Below are positions 42,268 through 51,896 of a stretch of 64,000 nucleotides of DNA, piece by piece (position 1 is the first letter of the stretch; the number at the start of each line of letters is the position of its first letter). The position numbers and the translations under genes are program-made. Source of the stretch: Betaproteobacteria bacterium (GTDB taxonomy: Bacteria > Pseudomonadota > Gammaproteobacteria > Burkholderiales > CAIKXV01); the NCBI GenBank assembly GCA_021298815.1, contig JAJTHE010000006.1, positions 1,780-65,779 of the forward strand. Direction: 5' to 3'. The notes beneath the pieces were generated by a model, which did no database searches, had not been told where the DNA came from, and was given only the letters and a program-made list of their open reading frames with translations.

Positions 42268-43209
42268 TCAGGCCGCGCCGCGATGCTTGTGCTGGTACAT
42301 CGCGGCATCGGCGCTTTCGAGCAGCGCTTCCGGCGAAAGCCCGTCGTCGGGAAACACCGCGCAGCCGACTGACACGCTCAGGTGCACGCGCTGTCCGTCG
42401 ATGCTGAAGGGCGCCCTCAGCGCGGCCTGCAGCTTCTCGACGATCGCGCCGATCACCGCGGGATTCTCGATCTGCGGGATGACGGCGACGAACTCGTCGC
42501 CCCCGAGGCGCGCCAGGGTGTCGGCGGAACGAAGCGGCGCGGAGAACCGGCGCGCGACTTCCTTCAGCACGCGGTCGCCGTTCTCGTGGCCGTGCAGGTC
42601 GTTGATCGGCTTGAACCGGTCGAGGTCCAGGAACAGCACCGCGACCCGGCGCGAGGTGCGCTGCGCCTGTGCGATCGCCTGCGCGAGCCGGTCGTCGAGC
42701 AGGGCGCGGTTGGGCAGCCCGGTCAGCGGATCGTGGAAGGCCTGGTGCTGCAGCCGGTACAGTTCCGCCTCCATTTCGGTGACATGCGACACCCGGGCCA
42801 CCTCGAGCTTGCGCTCGGCCAGGGCACGCTCGACCAACTGCAGCAGCTGGGCCGGGTCGAACGGCTTGGAGACGAAGTCGAAGGCCCGGAAGCGCAGTGC
42901 GTCGATCGCGTATTCGATCGAAGTCTCGCCGGACAGGAATATCACCGGCAGGTCGAGCCGGTGCTCGCGCAGTTCGCGCAGGACTTCGATGCCGCTGAAA
43001 TCGGGGATGTTCACGTCGAACAGTGCGATGTCGAACGGACGTTGCGAGAGGAGGTCCATCGCCTCGCGCCCGCGCTCCACCGTGACGACCGCATAACCCG
43101 CGTCGGCCAGCAGCGCGTCGAGCATCTGCGCCGAAGCGGTGTCGTCCTCCAGCACGAGGATCGTCGCCTTCGGTCCGGCTTCCCGCTCGCCCGCCACTTG
43201 GATGGTCAT
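42268..43209 (-). CDS. REC-GGDEF diguanylate cyclase
   Basis: LVLEDD, ALFDVNIP, VSKP; HDPLTGLPNR, I-site RSAD, GGDEF. Confidence 0.92.
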   Translation of the reverse strand: MTIQVAGEREAGPKATILVLEDDTASAQMLDALLADAGYAVVTVERGREAMDLLSQRPFDIALFDVNIPDFSGIEVLRELREHRLDLPVIFLSGETSIEYAIDALRFRAFDFVSKPFDPAQLLQLVERALAERKLEVARVSHVTEMEAELYRLQHQAFHDPLTGLPNRALLDDRLAQAIAQAQRTSRRVAVLFLDLDRFKPINDLHGHENGDRVLKEVARRFSAPLRSADTLARLGGDEFVAVIPQIENPAVIGAIVEKLQAALRAPFSIDGQRVHLSVSVGCAVFPDDGLSPEALLESADAAMYQHKHRGAA

Positions 43210-43252
43210 CTGGTGAATTCGCCCCGCACGGGATCAGGTGACGAGGAAAGTG

Positions 43253-43268
43253 CGCAAGGTCCATGCCC
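43253..43268 (-). promoter_or_regulatory. Sigma54 promoter for the diguanylate cyclase
   Basis: GGGCATGGACCTTGCG. Confidence 0.72.
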
Positions 43269-43286
43269 GCGCGGGCGGCGTGCCCC

Positions 43287-43302
43287 GGGCACGCGGCGTG
43301 CG
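43287..43302 (+). promoter_or_regulatory. Sigma54 promoter for cardiolipin synthase
   Basis: GGGCACGCGGCGTGCG, divergent from the DGC promoter. Confidence 0.55.
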
Positions 43303-43361
43303 TCGACCGTGGTTCGTGCGCCGCGCGCGCACTGTATCAGGCCGGAGTTTGCGTTCATGCG

Positions 43362-44741
43362 ATGACCATTTCAAGTGAATATGTCCTCCCCGGGAAGCGC
43401 CTGCGCGGCCGCTGCTGGGTACTGGCGGCGCTGCTGCTCGGGGGTTGCCTCGCCCCGGTCCGGATGGACGCTGTCGCGGTGCCACGCGCGACCACGCCGG
43501 CCGCCACCGCCCAGGCCACCCGGGCGGTGGCGGCCCTCGTCCGGCGCAGCGGCGACACCCTGATCGAGCGGCACGTGGCGCATGCGGCCAAGGTGCTCGG
43601 CACGCCCATCGTGGCAGGCAACGCCGCCCGGCTGCTGGTCGACGGTCCGCAGACCCATGAACAGATGTTCGCGTCGATCGCCGCTGCCCGCGACCACGTC
43701 AACATGGTGAGCTACATCATCGACGACGGCGAGACCGGCGAGCGGCTCGCGGAGACGCTGATCGGCAGGCGGCGCGCCGGCGTGGTGGTCAACCTCATGT
43801 ACGACAGCGTGGGTTCGATGGCAACGCCAGCCGGATGGTTCGACCGCCTGCGCGAGGCTGGCGTCTCGGTCTGCGAGTTCAATCCGGTCAACCCGTCCCG
43901 GACGAGGCGCACCTGGCGCGTGAACAACCGCGACCACCGCAAGATACTGGTGGTCGATTCGGCCACCGGCTTCACCGGCGGGATCAACGTGAGCGACGTG
44001 TATTCCGCGGGATCCTTCGGCTCGGCCCGCAGCCGCGACAGCGGCGAGGTCCCGTGGCGCGACACGCACGTGATGATCAGCGGCCCCGCAGTGGCGGACC
44101 TGCAGCGCAGCTTCGTCGATCGCTGGATCCAGCAGGGTTGCCCCTCCCTGGGGGACACCGCGCGCTACTTTCCCGAGCTGAAGGACGCAGGACGATTGCC
44201 GGTTCGCGTGGTGACCGGCGGCCCGGAACACGATACCAGCGACCACTATCGCGCGTTGATATCGGCATTCGAGCATGCGGAGCAGCGCATCTACATCACC
44301 TGCGGATACTTCGTCCCCGACCCTGGCATGCGCGACGCCCTGGTGGGGGCCGCGCGGCGCGGCGTGGACGTGCGCCTGCTGCTGCCCAGCGTCAGCGACT
44401 TCTGGGCACCGCTGGAGGCCGGCCGCTCGCACTACGCGGCGCTGCTCGCCGCCGGCGTGCGCATCCACGAACGCACTGGCGCCCTGTTGCATGCGAAGAC
44501 CGCCGTGGTCGACGGCGTCTGGAGCACCATCGGTTCCACCAACCTCGACTTCCGCAGCTTCCTGCACAACGAGGAAGCGAACGTGATCGTGCTCGACGAC
44601 CACTTCGCCGCGGAACTCGAGCGCCTGTTCGGGCGCGACCTCGAGCGTTCCAGAGAGATCGATGCGCGCGAATGGTCCCGCCGCGGATTCGTACCACGCC
44701 TCCGGCAGTGGTTCGCCCGGCAGTTCGAGTACCTGCTCTGA
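43362..44741 (+). CDS. Cardiolipin synthase-like phospholipase D, probable lipoprotein
   Basis: Two HKD motifs (RDHRKILVVD, LHAKTAVVD), WRDTH, GSTNLD; LLGGC possible lipobox. Confidence 0.9.
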   Translation: MTISSEYVLPGKRLRGRCWVLAALLLGGCLAPVRMDAVAVPRATTPAATAQATRAVAALVRRSGDTLIERHVAHAAKVLGTPIVAGNAARLLVDGPQTHEQMFASIAAARDHVNMVSYIIDDGETGERLAETLIGRRRAGVVVNLMYDSVGSMATPAGWFDRLREAGVSVCEFNPVNPSRTRRTWRVNNRDHRKILVVDSATGFTGGINVSDVYSAGSFGSARSRDSGEVPWRDTHVMISGPAVADLQRSFVDRWIQQGCPSLGDTARYFPELKDAGRLPVRVVTGGPEHDTSDHYRALISAFEHAEQRIYITCGYFVPDPGMRDALVGAARRGVDVRLLLPSVSDFWAPLEAGRSHYAALLAAGVRIHERTGALLHAKTAVVDGVWSTIGSTNLDFRSFLHNEEANVIVLDDHFAAELERLFGRDLERSREIDAREWSRRGFVPRLRQWFARQFEYLL

Positions 44742-44758
44742 TGGCGGCGGGCCCTTTC

Positions 44759-44774
44759 GGGCATGCGCGCTGCG
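44759..44774 (+). promoter_or_regulatory. Sigma54 promoter for the small ORF
   Basis: GGGCATGCGCGCTGCG. Confidence 0.6.
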
Positions 44775-44824
44775 GGTGAAGGATCGTCGCGGCCCGGGCG
44801 CTGCATCCCAGTGAGGACCCCAAG

Positions 44825-45088
44825 ATGACACGATCGGACGAGATCCGGATTCCCGCTGCGGTGCTCGGTGCGGCACTTGCCGCAGTGCTCGGCGCGGCCG
44901 CCATGTACCTGGCGATGCGCCGGCGCCATGATGCGCAGAGGCTCGACGCCCTGACGCGCCGCAGCGGCAGCGACGAGCGGCGTCGCGGATGCCATGCAAC
45001 GGACGAGGCCGGCATGACTCAGGAGCTGCCGGTGGAGAACCAGGCGATAGAGCCGGCACCCGGGGTCCGCGTGAGCGTGATCGGCTGA
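44825..45088 (+). CDS. Small membrane-anchored hypothetical protein (87 aa)
   Basis: GAGGA RBS, N-terminal hydrophobic helix, upstream promoter. Confidence 0.55.
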   Translation: MTRSDEIRIPAAVLGAALAAVLGAAAMYLAMRRRHDAQRLDALTRRSGSDERRRGCHATDEAGMTQELPVENQAIEPAPGVRVSVIG

Positions 45089-45243
45089 CCCTCGGCACGC
45101 AAGCACCGGCCCCGCCATCCGCCGCATCCGGAAAGTTTGACGGGGCCGCCTGCAAGAAATGCAGGAAGGCAGGGCTCCGGGTCGCGGCCGCGACCTGCCC
45201 TGCGCATCGGGCACGGCTGGGCGAACGCGGATCCACCCTTGCA

Positions 45244-45257
45244 TTCAATGGCTTGAA
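45244..45257. promoter_or_regulatory. IHF-like palindromic site upstream of the rpoN promoter
   Basis: TTCAA-TGGC-TTGAA, one mismatch to WATCAA-N4-TTR on either strand, about 27 bp before the -24 element. Confidence 0.4.
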
Positions 45258-45283
45258 AATCCGCCCCCGGAACCTGCAGCTGA

Positions 45284-45299
45284 TGGCACGGCGTTTGCA
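45284..45299 (+). promoter_or_regulatory. Canonical sigma54 promoter for rpoN
   Basis: TGGCACGGCGTTTGCA matches the consensus TGGCACG-N4-TTGCW exactly. Confidence 0.85.
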
Positions 45300-45337
45300 G
45301 AAGAGTGGCTGCCACCCACGTTTCCAGCGAGTATCCG

Positions 45338-46828
45338 ATGATCAGAGCCGACCTCCAGCACCGCACGGGCCAGCAGCTCGCGATGACGCCGCAACTGCAG
45401 CACTCGATCCGGCTGCTCCAGTTGTCCGCCGCCGAGTTCGAGCAGGAACTCGAGGAGACGCTGTCCAACAATCCTTTCCTCGAACGCGACGATTCCCTGC
45501 GCGAGTCCGGCACGGAAGCCGTCTCTTCCGGCGATGCCGGCGACGGGCAATCCGTCGACACGCAGGGCGAGGCCGCGCCGGAGGCCGCGGGCGATCGCCT
45601 GGACGTGATCGCGGCACCGGAATCCTCGGCGGCAGACTGGGACGACGAGTCGTCGCTGCGCTTCGATGCGCCCTCCTCCGGCGAACGCTCGACCGACGAC
45701 CCGGACGCCACACACTTCGCCCCGGCGGCCAGCTGCATGTACGACCACCTGCTCGAGCAGCTCGGGGTGTGCCGGGTCAGCGCGCGAGATCGCGAGCTGG
45801 CACGCCTGGTGGTCCATGCGCTCGAACCGGACGGCTACCTGCGCACCCCGCTCGAGGAGCTGATTGCGATGTGCCCGGCGCGCGAGGCCGTGCAGGTCGA
45901 CGAACTGTCGGTGGTCCTGCGGCTGGTGCAGAGCTTCGAGCCGGCAGGCATCGCCGCGCGCTCGCTCGAGGAGTGCCTTCTGCTGCAGCTGGGCGATCGC
46001 GACGAGGACACGCCCGGCCTGGCGCTGGCGCAGCGCATCGTGCGCGGCCACCTCGCGCAGCTCGCCACGCCGGACACGCCGCGCCTGCTGCGTGCGCTGG
46101 GCTGCAGCGACGCCGAATTCGCCAGCGCCTACCAGCTGATCCGCGGCTGCTCGCCCAGGCCGGGACAGGCCTTCGGGTCGGAGCGCACCGACTACGTGGT
46201 CGCCGACGTGCAGGTGCGCAAGATCGGCAAGCGCTGGGTCGCCCGCATCAACCCGGAGGTGGTGCCGCGCATCCACCTCAACCGCGGCTTCGTGTCGATG
46301 GTGCGCGAGCAACGCGGGTCTAGCAGTTCGCCGATCGGCCAGCACCTGCAGGAAGCACGCTGGTTCGTGCGCAACGTGAACCAGCGCTTCCGCACCATCC
46401 TGCGCGTGGCGCAGGCGATCGTCGATCGCCAGAGCCGGTACTTCGAGCATGGCGACATCGCGATGCGCCCGCTGGTGCTGCGCGAGATCGCGGAGACGCT
46501 GGGCATGCATGAATCGACCGTCTCGCGCGTGACGTCGAACAAGTACATGATGACTACGCGCGGCCTCATGGAACTGAAGTACTTCTTCAGCAGCCATGTC
46601 GAGTCCGACGGGCACGCCTGCTCGGCGCGTGCGGTGCGGGCGCTGATCCGCCAGATCCTCGTGTCCGAGGAAGCGCGCCATCCGCTGTCGGACGTGAAGG
46701 TCGCACGCCTGCTGGCGGAAAAGGGCATCGTGGTCGCGCGCCGCACGGTGTCCAAGTACCGCGACTCGATGCACATCCCCTCGGTCGAAGTTCGCCGGCT
46801 GTCCTCGTCCGAGGCACTTGCCGCCTGA
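45338..46828 (+). CDS. rpoN: RNA polymerase sigma54 factor, probably a secondary paralogue
   Basis: QQLAMTPQLQHSIRLLQLS...NPFLE, HESTVSRVTSNKY, ELKYFF, RpoN box ARRTVSKYR. Confidence 0.95.
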   Translation: MIRADLQHRTGQQLAMTPQLQHSIRLLQLSAAEFEQELEETLSNNPFLERDDSLRESGTEAVSSGDAGDGQSVDTQGEAAPEAAGDRLDVIAAPESSAADWDDESSLRFDAPSSGERSTDDPDATHFAPAASCMYDHLLEQLGVCRVSARDRELARLVVHALEPDGYLRTPLEELIAMCPAREAVQVDELSVVLRLVQSFEPAGIAARSLEECLLLQLGDRDEDTPGLALAQRIVRGHLAQLATPDTPRLLRALGCSDAEFASAYQLIRGCSPRPGQAFGSERTDYVVADVQVRKIGKRWVARINPEVVPRIHLNRGFVSMVREQRGSSSSPIGQHLQEARWFVRNVNQRFRTILRVAQAIVDRQSRYFEHGDIAMRPLVLREIAETLGMHESTVSRVTSNKYMMTTRGLMELKYFFSSHVESDGHACSARAVRALIRQILVSEEARHPLSDVKVARLLAEKGIVVARRTVSKYRDSMHIPSVEVRRLSSSEALAA

Positions 46829-46885
46829 ACCGTGCGCGGGCGGCCCGGCGCGGCTCGCGGCGGCAGCGCCGTCCCGGCCGGCGGC

Positions 46886-48295
46886 TCAGTCGCGTGCCGG
46901 CTCGCCCGCGTCGCTGCCGTACTCGCGAAGCCGGTTGTAGAGCGTCTTGGCGCTGATGCCCAGCAGTTCCGCCGCCTTTTCCTTGTGCCCCCTGACCGAC
47001 TCCAGGGTCGCCAGGATCAGCTGCCGTTCCATCGCCTCGATCGTCGTGCCCACCTGGATCGTGATCGACTGCGCGGAGCGCACCGGTGCATCGAACGGGA
47101 TGCAGGCAGCGGTGATCGATTCGCCGTCGGCCATGATGTAGGCGCGCTGCACGACGTTGCGCAGTTCGCGCACGTTACCCGGCCACGCGTACTGCGACAG
47201 CTTCTCGATCGCCGAAGCATCCAGCTTGCGCGCCCCGCCCTCGCGCGTGTTGAGCGCATCGAGGAAGTGCCGGGCGAGGAGTTCGACGTCCTCCAGCCGA
47301 TCGCGCAGGGGCGGTACGCGGATCTGGAACACGTTCAACCGGTAGAACAGGTCCTCGCGCAACCTGCCGGTCGCCACGGCCTGGGCCGGGTCGCGGTTGG
47401 TGGCGGCGATGATGCGCACGTCGGTCTCGAGCAGCTCGTCCGAGCCGACCCGCATGAAGGTCCCGGTCTCGAGTACCCGGAGCAGCTTCACCTGCAGCTC
47501 CGGCGGCATCTCGGTCACTTCATCCAGGAACAGCGTGCCCCCGTTCGCCCGCTCGAAGAAGCCGCGGTGCTGGCGGTTCGCGCCGGTGAAGCTTCCCTTC
47601 TCGTGCCCGAACATCTCGCTTTCGATCAGCTGCGGCGAGATCGCTCCGCAGTTGACCGCCAGGAACGGTGCCTTGCGCCGGCGGCTCAGGTCGTGGATGG
47701 TCTGGGCCACCACTTCCTTGCCCGCCCCGCTCTCGCCGACGATGAACACGGTGACCGCGGTGCCTGCAACGCGGCCGATCTGCGTGTAGACCACCTGCAT
47801 CACCGCCGCGCGCCCGCGCAGGTGGCCGAAGCGGCCTTCCCGGTCGGCAACATGCTGCAGGCCGGCGATCTCCGCGCGCGCCTCGGCCGGACGGCCGATG
47901 CGGTTCAGCACGGCCTTCAGCTGGCGCGGACTCACCGGCTTCAGCAGGTAGTCGGCGGCGCCGAGGCGCAGCGCCTGGATGGAAGTCTCGAGCGTCGCAT
48001 GGCCGGTCATCAGCACGATCTCGACGCTGCCGTGCTCCTCGCGCTCGCCGAACAGTTCCATGCCGCTGCCGTCGGGCAGCATCAGGTCTAGCAGCACCAC
48101 GTCCGGCAGGCGCATCACGAGCTGCTGCCGCGCCTCCGCCAGCGAACCGGCGATCGCGGTGCGGAAGCCCTCCTCGCGCACGAGTTCGGCGAGCGCCTGG
48201 GCTGCATCGCGCTCGTCCTCGACGATCAGGGCGAAGGGTTCGTTGCGCGATGCCACCGGCGACGCGGCGGCAGCTTTCGAATTTGCGGTAGCCAT
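46886..48295 (-). CDS. Sigma54-dependent response regulator (REC-AAA+-Fis HTH)
   Basis: IVEDE, LLDLMLP; GESGAGKE, GSFTGA, LFLDEV, REDLFYRL, WPGNVREL; AAELLGISAKTLYNRL. Confidence 0.95.
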   Translation of the reverse strand: MATANSKAAAASPVASRNEPFALIVEDERDAAQALAELVREEGFRTAIAGSLAEARQQLVMRLPDVVLLDLMLPDGSGMELFGEREEHGSVEIVLMTGHATLETSIQALRLGAADYLLKPVSPRQLKAVLNRIGRPAEARAEIAGLQHVADREGRFGHLRGRAAVMQVVYTQIGRVAGTAVTVFIVGESGAGKEVVAQTIHDLSRRRKAPFLAVNCGAISPQLIESEMFGHEKGSFTGANRQHRGFFERANGGTLFLDEVTEMPPELQVKLLRVLETGTFMRVGSDELLETDVRIIAATNRDPAQAVATGRLREDLFYRLNVFQIRVPPLRDRLEDVELLARHFLDALNTREGGARKLDASAIEKLSQYAWPGNVRELRNVVQRAYIMADGESITAACIPFDAPVRSAQSITIQVGTTIEAMERQLILATLESVRGHKEKAAELLGISAKTLYNRLREYGSDAGEPARD

Positions 48296-48375
48296 GTCGC
48301 GCCTGTTGGTCAATCAGTCATGCATGGTACACGCTAAGCACTGGCCCGATCGTCAAGCGAACATGGGTACAGTCG

Positions 48376-48391
48376 CGCAAGGGACAGGCCG
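48376..48391 (-). promoter_or_regulatory. Possible sigma54 promoter for the activator gene
   Basis: CGGCCTGTCCCTTGCG. Confidence 0.5.
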
Positions 48392-48393
48392 CC

Positions 48394-48409
48394 GGGCACC
48401 GGGATTGCG
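48394..48409 (+). promoter_or_regulatory. Sigma54 promoter for the hybrid kinase-like gene
   Basis: GGGCACCGGGATTGCG. Confidence 0.68.
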
Positions 48410-48495
48410 AGGGTCGCCTGTCCATCGAACATGCCCGCGCGGAGCTGAATGGCGGGCGCCGCAACACGCATCGCGCAGGAGCACCGGAGCAGACC

Positions 48496-49797
48496 TTGTC
48501 TTCAGATGCACCAGGCACATCCCCCGGACGCGGCGTGGCCGAGCCGTCCGTCGAGGGCACGCGCACCGCCGCCCTCGAACCGGCGCTGGCGGACGCCCGC
48601 CTCGCTGCAGCCGCGACCGAACGGGCTGTACGCGGTCGCGACGAACTGCTGTCGCTGGTGTCGCACGACCTTCGGTCCGCATTGAACGCGATGGTCGGCT
48701 GGCTGTACCTGGCGCGATCGCCGACGGCGGAAGCCGCTGCCCGCGCGCGCGCGCTGGAGGGCATCGCCTCGGCGGTCGACACCCAGCGCCGGCTGGTCGA
48801 CCAGTTGCAGGACGCCGCGCGGCTGCTCGGCGGCCGGGTACCTGCGGATTGCCGGCCTGTCCACGCCGCAGCGGTGTTGCAGCGAGTCGTCGCGCGGCTG
48901 GCCACGCACGCGGCGGACCGATCGGTGGCTCTGCACGTCGCTGCATCGCCGGACGGGCTGTCCTTCCTCGCGGATCCGTCGCGCGTGGAAGACTCCCTGT
49001 ATGCGATGGTCGAGCATGCGCTGGCCGTCACGCCCGGCCAGGGCATCGTCCACGTCGGCGCGCGACCGGAGGTAGCCCAGCGCGCAACGACGATCGTGCT
49101 CGAAGTCCGCAGTGCCGGCGCCAGGGCCGGCGCAGCGGCCACGCAGGCCGCTGCGCCGGACGGCGGCCTCGCAGCGTCGCCGACGCTCGCGCTGGCCATC
49201 GCCCGCGCCGTGACGGAACTCCAGGGTGGCACCCTCGACGTGCAGGCCGGCCCGCCCGGGTCGGGCACCCACCTGTCGCTGCGCTTTCCGGCCCACGATG
49301 CCGTGCAGGCGGAGGCGGCCAGGGTGCAGCCTGCACCGGCCCCCCTCCGCACCGGCTTCTTCGACGCCCCGGGCGGCATGGACGATCCGGACGACATGGA
49401 TATCCTCCGCGGATGCTTCATCCTGCTGACCGACGATCGCGACGACATGCTGGAGGTGGGTGCCACCGTGCTGCGACGGCATGGCGCGCACGTCACGACG
49501 GCGGGTTCCGGCGCCGAGTCGATCGCCCTCTACCCGGCCTGGGCGCGCGGCGGCGGCGAACGCCTGATGATCTCGGACCTTTCGATGCCGGACATCGACG
49601 GGCTTGCGATGATCGGCCGCATCCGCCGGATCGAAGGCGAATCGGGCCTGCCTCGCGTGCCTGCGGTGGCGTTCTCGGCGCAGGCCGACCGTTACGCCAG
49701 GCCCACGGTCATGCAGGCGGGCTTCGACCTGTTCCTCGCCAAGCCGCTGTCGCCGGCGCAACTGATCGGGGCGATATCGCCGCTGGTGGGAAGATAG
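48496..49797 (+). CDS. Sensorless hybrid histidine-kinase-like protein (HisKA, degenerate HATPase, REC)
   Basis: SHDLRSALNAM H-box; N-box reads MVEHALA; no DxGxG; REC with LTDDRDD, ISDLSMP, FLAKP. Confidence 0.8.
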   Translation: MSSDAPGTSPGRGVAEPSVEGTRTAALEPALADARLAAAATERAVRGRDELLSLVSHDLRSALNAMVGWLYLARSPTAEAAARARALEGIASAVDTQRRLVDQLQDAARLLGGRVPADCRPVHAAAVLQRVVARLATHAADRSVALHVAASPDGLSFLADPSRVEDSLYAMVEHALAVTPGQGIVHVGARPEVAQRATTIVLEVRSAGARAGAAATQAAAPDGGLAASPTLALAIARAVTELQGGTLDVQAGPPGSGTHLSLRFPAHDAVQAEAARVQPAPAPLRTGFFDAPGGMDDPDDMDILRGCFILLTDDRDDMLEVGATVLRRHGAHVTTAGSGAESIALYPAWARGGGERLMISDLSMPDIDGLAMIGRIRRIEGESGLPRVPAVAFSAQADRYARPTVMQAGFDLFLAKPLSPAQLIGAISPLVGR

Positions 49798-49877
49798 GGC
49801 CGGACGACCCTGCGGCAGGCGGCGCCGGACGGCTGTGCTCGTATACCTTGCGGGATGCCGAAGAAGAGGCGCGCCCC

Positions 49878-51896
49878 GTGAAGAGAACGCCTTCCCTGTC
49901 CATCCTCGTGCTGTTCGCGGCTGCCGTCTTCGGTCCGCTCGCCATCCTGCGAGCTGCCGCCTCCCTCACCCACCAGTACATCCACCAGGACGCCGAGCGG
50001 CACGCCCTGCGCTCGGCCGAGCTGCTGCGGGAACACGCGTTGCGCGTGTTCTACCTGTACCAGCTGATCCTCGGCCAGGTGGAACGCCGCGCCGGCTCGA
50101 TGGACTGGCGGCAGATCGTCGCCTCGCACGCGATGCACGACGAACTGCGCGGCCTGACCGAACCGGTGCGGGAAGCCGACAGCGTCTCCTTCCGGGCGCC
50201 GACCGGTCGCCACTGGTCGAGCAGCCGCCAGTTCCCGATGCTATAGCTGGACGCGAGCGAGCGCGACTACTTCGTCGCTCAGCGCGAACCGCCCAGCGCG
50301 TTCTTCATCGTTGCGCCAGCCGAGGCGAGGCTCACCGGGCAGGAGTTCTTCGCGTTGACGCGTGCCCGCATCGGCGCCGACGGCGGCTTCGACGGCGTGT
50401 TCGCGGTGTCCGGCGACATCGACTACTTCCGCCAGTTCTACCGCGGAATTCGCGAGACGTCCGGCAACGTGCTGGCGCTGGTGCGGACGGATGGCGCCTT
50501 CCTCGTGCGGGAACCCATGCAGTCGGCCGACGTGCCGCGCCTGAGCGAGTCCTCCAGCCTGATGCACGCGATCCGCGCCGCCCCGGCCGGCCACTTCCGC
50601 AGCCGCGGCGAAGTCGACCAGCGCGACAGTCTCTACGGCTATGCACGCGTGGACGAGTATCCGGTCTACGTGGCCTGCGGACTGTCGATGCAGGGCGTGG
50701 AACGGCAGTGGCGCCGCTCGCTGACGCTGTACTCCGTCGTCACCCTGCTGGCGATCGCCATGCTGCTGGTGGCCGCCGTGCTCGCGCGGCGCAACGCACA
50801 GCGCGCGCAGCGCCCTCACGAGGAGCGCGAGGAGGAGCTGCAGCTGCACGAACTGGCCGAAGAGGGATTGCGCCGCGGGCAGCGGCTGGAGGCGATCGGC
50901 CGCATGACGGCGGCATCGCGCACGACTTCAACAACCTGCTGCAGGTACTCACGGTGAACATCGAGGTGCTGCGCCGGCGCCTGTCGACCTGGCTGCTCCC
51001 TGAGGACGTCCACGAGCGGCCGCTCGCGGCCATGGAGCGGGCCACGAACCAGGGCGCGCGCCTGACCCGCCAGCTGCTGTCGTTCTCGCGCCGCTCCAGC
51101 CTGCAGCCGCGCCGCGTGTCGCTCGCCGCGTTCCTGCCCGAGCTGTCGGAACTGCTGTGGGCGGTGCTGCGCAACCGCATCGCGCTCTCGATAGCGCTCG
51201 ATCCGGACACCGGCGAGATCGACGTCGATCCGGACGAACTCGAACTCGCACTGCTCAGCCTGGCGACCAACGCCCGTGACGACATACCGGCCGGCGGCAC
51301 CCTGCGCATCCATGCCGGCAACCTGCAGCCCGGCACCGTCGTGGACGGCGACGCGCTGGCGCCCGGCTGGGTTGCGCTGTCGGTCTCCGACACCGGCAGC
51401 GGCATCGCACCCGGAACGCTGCAGAGCATCTTCGACCCGTTGTTCACGACCAAGCCGGTCGGCCAGGGCACCGGGCGCGGGCTGAGCCAGGTCTACGGCT
51501 TCGTCACCCAGTCGGGCGGACGCGTGACCGTGCAGAGCACGTTCGGCACGGGCACCCGCTTCACGCTGCTGTTCCCCCGCCGGGTCGAATGACGAAGACG
51601 CACTGTCGCCCACCGTGCTCGACGGCCTGACCGTGCTGGTCGCCGACGACGAGGTCGATACCGGCACGGCCGTGGCCCAACTGGTCGCCGGCACCGGCGC
51701 GCGCGAGGCAGGCATGCGCCACCCCGACCTCACCATCGTCCTGATGACCGCCTATGCCGACTCGCCCGAGGTCACGTCGGGCGAGTTCGACGTGGTGCGC
51801 AAGCCGGTCAGTTCAGGAAGCCTGCTGCAGGCGATACGGCGCGCCCGCGCGCGCCGTTCGCGACACGCGGCACGCGGGGAGGCTTCTCCTGCGTGA
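49878..51896 (+). pseudogene. Cache-sensor hybrid histidine kinase, disrupted
   Basis: In-frame TAG at 50244-50246; frameshift near 50909 just before GIAHDFNNLL; HATPase runs to 51592; internally deleted receiver remnant at 51615-51896. Confidence 0.8.

Noticed and set aside
48325-48340. TGGTACACGCTAAGCA as a sigma54 promoter
   Set aside because: Spacing fits but the -12 region is poor, and a better site (48394-48409) lies closer to the gene.
50244-50246. In-frame TAG as pyrrolysine or recoding
   Set aside because: The same gene has a frameshift and a deleted receiver, and TAG acts as a normal stop elsewhere in the window.
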